Part shown: positions 60,754 to 64,000 of the stretch, piece after piece
Position numbering within the stretch: position 1 is the stretch's first letter
How the letters are laid out: each line of letters starts with the position of its first letter
Assembly (NCBI GenBank): GCA_047495785.1
Contig: JBLDXI010000020.1
Location: 992,001 to 1,056,000, forward strand
Length of the DNA stretch: 64,000 bases
Reading direction: 5' to 3'
Source: Lepidodermella squamata
Taxonomy: Eukaryota; Animalia; Gastrotricha
Position numbers and translations under genes: made by a program
Notes under the pieces: generated by a model
What the model was told of the DNA's origin: nothing
The model's input: only the letters and a program-made list of their open reading frames with translations
Databases searched by the model: none

Positions 60754-63700
60754 ATGAAGAACACCGGAAAATTTCATCTTGGGCTTATTTTAGTGGTGTT
60801 TTGGAGGTCGTCGAGCTTTGGAGGGGGTAAGTCCGTGTTTTCAATGACAAATCATTAGGACGACTTTTACATTGCTCAGTCGAATCCCAAGCATGTTCAA
60901 CATCTGCTCCACCTGACTGCGAGCAAATACTGTTGAACAGCCCGAAATCACCCAGTGGTACGTATGAAATTCAACCTGATCCAGATCAGCCGACGTTCAA
61001 TGCATTTTGTGAAATGGACAACTTCGGTAAACTCCAATGCCTACCGTTAATCATTTTTTTTACAATTTGTATTCGATCTCCAAAAGGTGGCGGATGGACG
61101 GTGAGTCTTAATCACCTTGTTTTTTTCGGTGATAAAAAGGTTCTCTTCAAGGTAATATTCAGCCGGAAAGCAAATTCCACCGTGAATTTTGATAACAAGC
61201 TGTGGGCTGATTACAAGTCCGGCTTTGGTTATCATTCTGACAGCTTTTGGCTAGGTTATAGAAATTCGCAGAAAATAAACATATTTTGAAATATAATCTC
61301 TAACATTCAGGGAATGACTTCACGTATTTCTTAACGAAACAACGATTCTACACGGCTATCGTTGAAGTATGGGACTCGTTCGGACGCTACATGTGGCAGG
61401 CCTACGACGGATTTTCGATGGCAAGTGGAGGGGACCGTTACTCGATAATAACCCCAAACGATGCAGGGTTAACACTGCTGTGTAACCCTAGTGGAGGTAT
61501 TTTCCTATAATTTTGTACTAAAATATTTGAATGGTACATTCAAGCTGCCCCTGTATTGGCCTGCCAATCTGGGTCTGCAACACGGTGCGGATCGTTCGCA
61601 ACAATGGATTACCCGTCTGCGAGCTGTCCCTGGATGTCAACTGGCTGGTGGGATGGAATCTGCGCCAGCTCGATCGGAAGTGCTTTGAACGTATTCAACT
61701 ATCCGGACAGTGACGCGAAAATCACCGCAGTTCGACTCCTTATCCGCAATCGCACGTTGTACAATCGTAAGATTTATTTTAAGGATTAAGGTGGAAGCAA
61801 TGCAATTTCTATTGACGCGACAGTGAGTGATTGTGATGCAATTGCTGAACCGCGAGCTATCTACACCGCGCTGTCTACGATCAACGTGACTACGTCACCA
61901 TCTTCTCGGTCCTACGAGGCGGCTCTCGTTCTATGCAATGAAACAGGCGGAGTTCTGGCGAGCCCAACTAACCTAAATCTCGGTGACATGCCTTTCGCTT
62001 TGATCCGATCAGTCGCCGCTCAGACGAAGGCCGCTAACGGAACCGAGTTTTGGCTTGGCTACTACTTCCCAGCGTTAAGCCCACCTCCAGTACCAGGTGG
62101 AAATGCAGCTGCGTTTTATGGACCACGTAATAATATTTTCTCAAAGAAATTTGACAGATTTTAGAGGGGCTTTATCACAGTTTTGGATGTACGCGGGAGA
62201 ATCGTTGATGTTAGCAAAGTGAAAGTGAATCTCAACAAAAACATCTCCACTAGCCCAACGGTTATGTGCATTGCTTATCGGTTGGGTGCCCACACGCTTC
62301 AATTGGACGATTGCAATGCAACAAAGTTCTTCATCTGCGAATATCGACGGTCAGGTTGCTGCATGCGTGGGTCGATTGCAGTAACACGCAGCGATGGATC
62401 GCAGTCATGCGTCCGATTGACAGCGACTAATTCATCGCGGCCGAATCCCAATGAATTTCAAGGGTTTCTCCCTGAAAGTAGAGACTCATTCATGGCGGAT
62501 CTCATCGGAACCTCAGCGACTGAATTCGTCTACTACGGCCCGACCTTTACCAGCATAAACGGACATTTCTATTGGCCAGATGGTCAGGTGGTTTCATGGG
62601 CCTATCCAAGCGCGGCTAACCCGAACGGGTACATTTACATGGTGAACCGAAGTTCGCTGATGTATGGCTGGCTCAATGACACTGTTGGCGCGAGTCCTTC
62701 TTCTAACGCTGTAGCAACTGTTTTACCGATGGCATGCACTGTGGTGACATCTGGCTTCCCGTGGTTCAACTGGTTGCAACATGGGTCTTATCTATGGTAC
62801 TTTTCGACAGTTATTGGTAACGTGAGCAAGGACCTTGAACCCGCATGCAAAGACCGGGGAGCTCTGCCGATAGTTTTCGACAGCGAGGATGATTACTCGT
62901 TTGCGGTTGGTTACAGACAACTGTCTCCAGTTGGTGTTAGACTCAAAATCGATCAAGGTTGAGAACTTAACTAAGAACTGAAGCGCTTTTTAAAGCAGCT
63001 ATTATTGCAGATCGATGTATGGCTGGCTGGCTCGAGATCACTGGGCGTTGTTACCGAGTCGTTAAAAGTCCAAGAAATTGGACAGCCGCTGATCAATACT
63101 GCAGACGGAATTTCGGCGCGAAATTAGCGACGATTCCAACATGGGAACATGTGAGGCTATTTTAATCTAACGGGATATTATATCGTTAGCGACGTTGAAT
63201 AACTCGGATTTAGGTTTGTTTACTTCCCTTTCAAGGTGATAGGTGACAAGTCAAAATTCCTGTTGTTTTTGCATCTTCATTCAAGTTAAAAAGCCGCTTT
63301 TTACTTGTCCCCCGTGACCTTGTAAAGGATGTAAACAAGCATAAATCCGAGTTATTCAACGTTGCTTACGATATGCTCACCTTTGATGCAGAACATGATG
63401 CTCGCTCAACTGTTGCAAATCAGCAGCTTGAATGTGGCGAAGGCCTGGATTGGCGGGAGAAGTCTTGCTGATGGCACTTTGGCATGGTCAACTATGCCCG
63501 CAAAACTATGGTCCGACATCATGGTATAGCGTTACGAATTTTTACCAGAAGTACAGCTATAAGAATGCGTTCTGTTTGCAGTATAAATATGATCCATCGT
63601 TTAATATGGCGGTATTGAATTCGGCAAAAACAGCAGCCAATCAATGCATGTTTACGTTCTCGAATGGCACTTGGCACGTTGAGTCTTGCGAAAGCACGAA

Positions 63701-64000
63701 TGCTTTCATATGCGACCACAGGATTCCGAGCAGCACGCCAACTCATCCAGGCAATAGCAGCAATTTATTCTCTTGCTCATTTTTAGCGTTTGTTATTAAC
63801 AGATCCTGGCAGTGGTCCTTTTGCTTGTTCAATAGCTGGGGATGGGGGGTTCGTTTATTTCGGGGGCCGATGTTATGATCGTGAGTCAATTTATCTCACG
63901 CTTCGAGATACTTTGCAACCTGTTTTTTCATAAAGCTTTGTGGGTCAATGGATACAAGCTTTCAGCTTGGCAGCAGTGTTGGCAATTCCCGTGCCATTTG
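60754..64000 (+). CDS. Paralog of the giant FReD/C-type-lectin mosaic protein, 5' part (runs off the window)
   Basis: ATG at 60754, MKNTGKFHLGLILVVF. Exon-for-exon match to 16246-~19.3 kb, including the 14-nt micro-exon (61087-61100) and near-identical FReD and first CTL exons. Confidence 0.88.
63180..63374. mobile_element. Foldback MITE (~195 bp) inside an intron of the second mosaic-lectin paralog
   Basis: ~75-bp imperfect inverted arms (atatcgttagcgacgttgaataactcggattta... versus ...taaatccgagttattcaacgttgcttacgatat), possible TA target duplication. Absent from the homologous ~60-nt intron of copy 1 (~18639-18697). Confidence 0.8.

Overview
Eukaryotic animal DNA from an invertebrate with a compact genome: most introns are GT-AG and about 48-60 nt, so the ORF track fragments most genes. 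A spiralian/lophotrochozoan origin is inferred, not proven. Contents from left to right: (1) A tandem array of six complete, and probably one partial, divergent genes for small secreted proteins (0-11 kb). After manual splicing they share C-G-x-[NS]-P ... P-x12-[WYF]-x2-C ... D-x-[GE]-Y, and I do not recognise the family. (2) Two orphan peptide-receptor-like rhodopsin GPCRs on the opposite strand, the nearer one abutting the array tail-to-tail; together with the array this is the best candidate for an undescribed ligand/receptor cluster. (3) A ~14 kb gene for a giant secreted mosaic protein (fibrinogen-related domain, many C-type-lectin-like domains, LamG-like modules, Myxococcus-type Cys repeats, CCP, WSC), with a close paralog starting at 60.75 kb and cut off by the window end. 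(4) A Ly6/three-finger gene. (5) A D2-like dopamine receptor with an NRY motif. (6) A Trunk/PTTH-family cystine-knot ligand. (7) A FAM184-like coiled-coil gene. (8) Two divergent GABA-B-type class C GPCRs arranged head-to-head around a CxxS nucleoredoxin-like gene. (9) A non-alpha nicotinic receptor subunit with a repeat-rich upstream region. (10) Two MITEs. All exon structures were derived by eye and no database searches were run.
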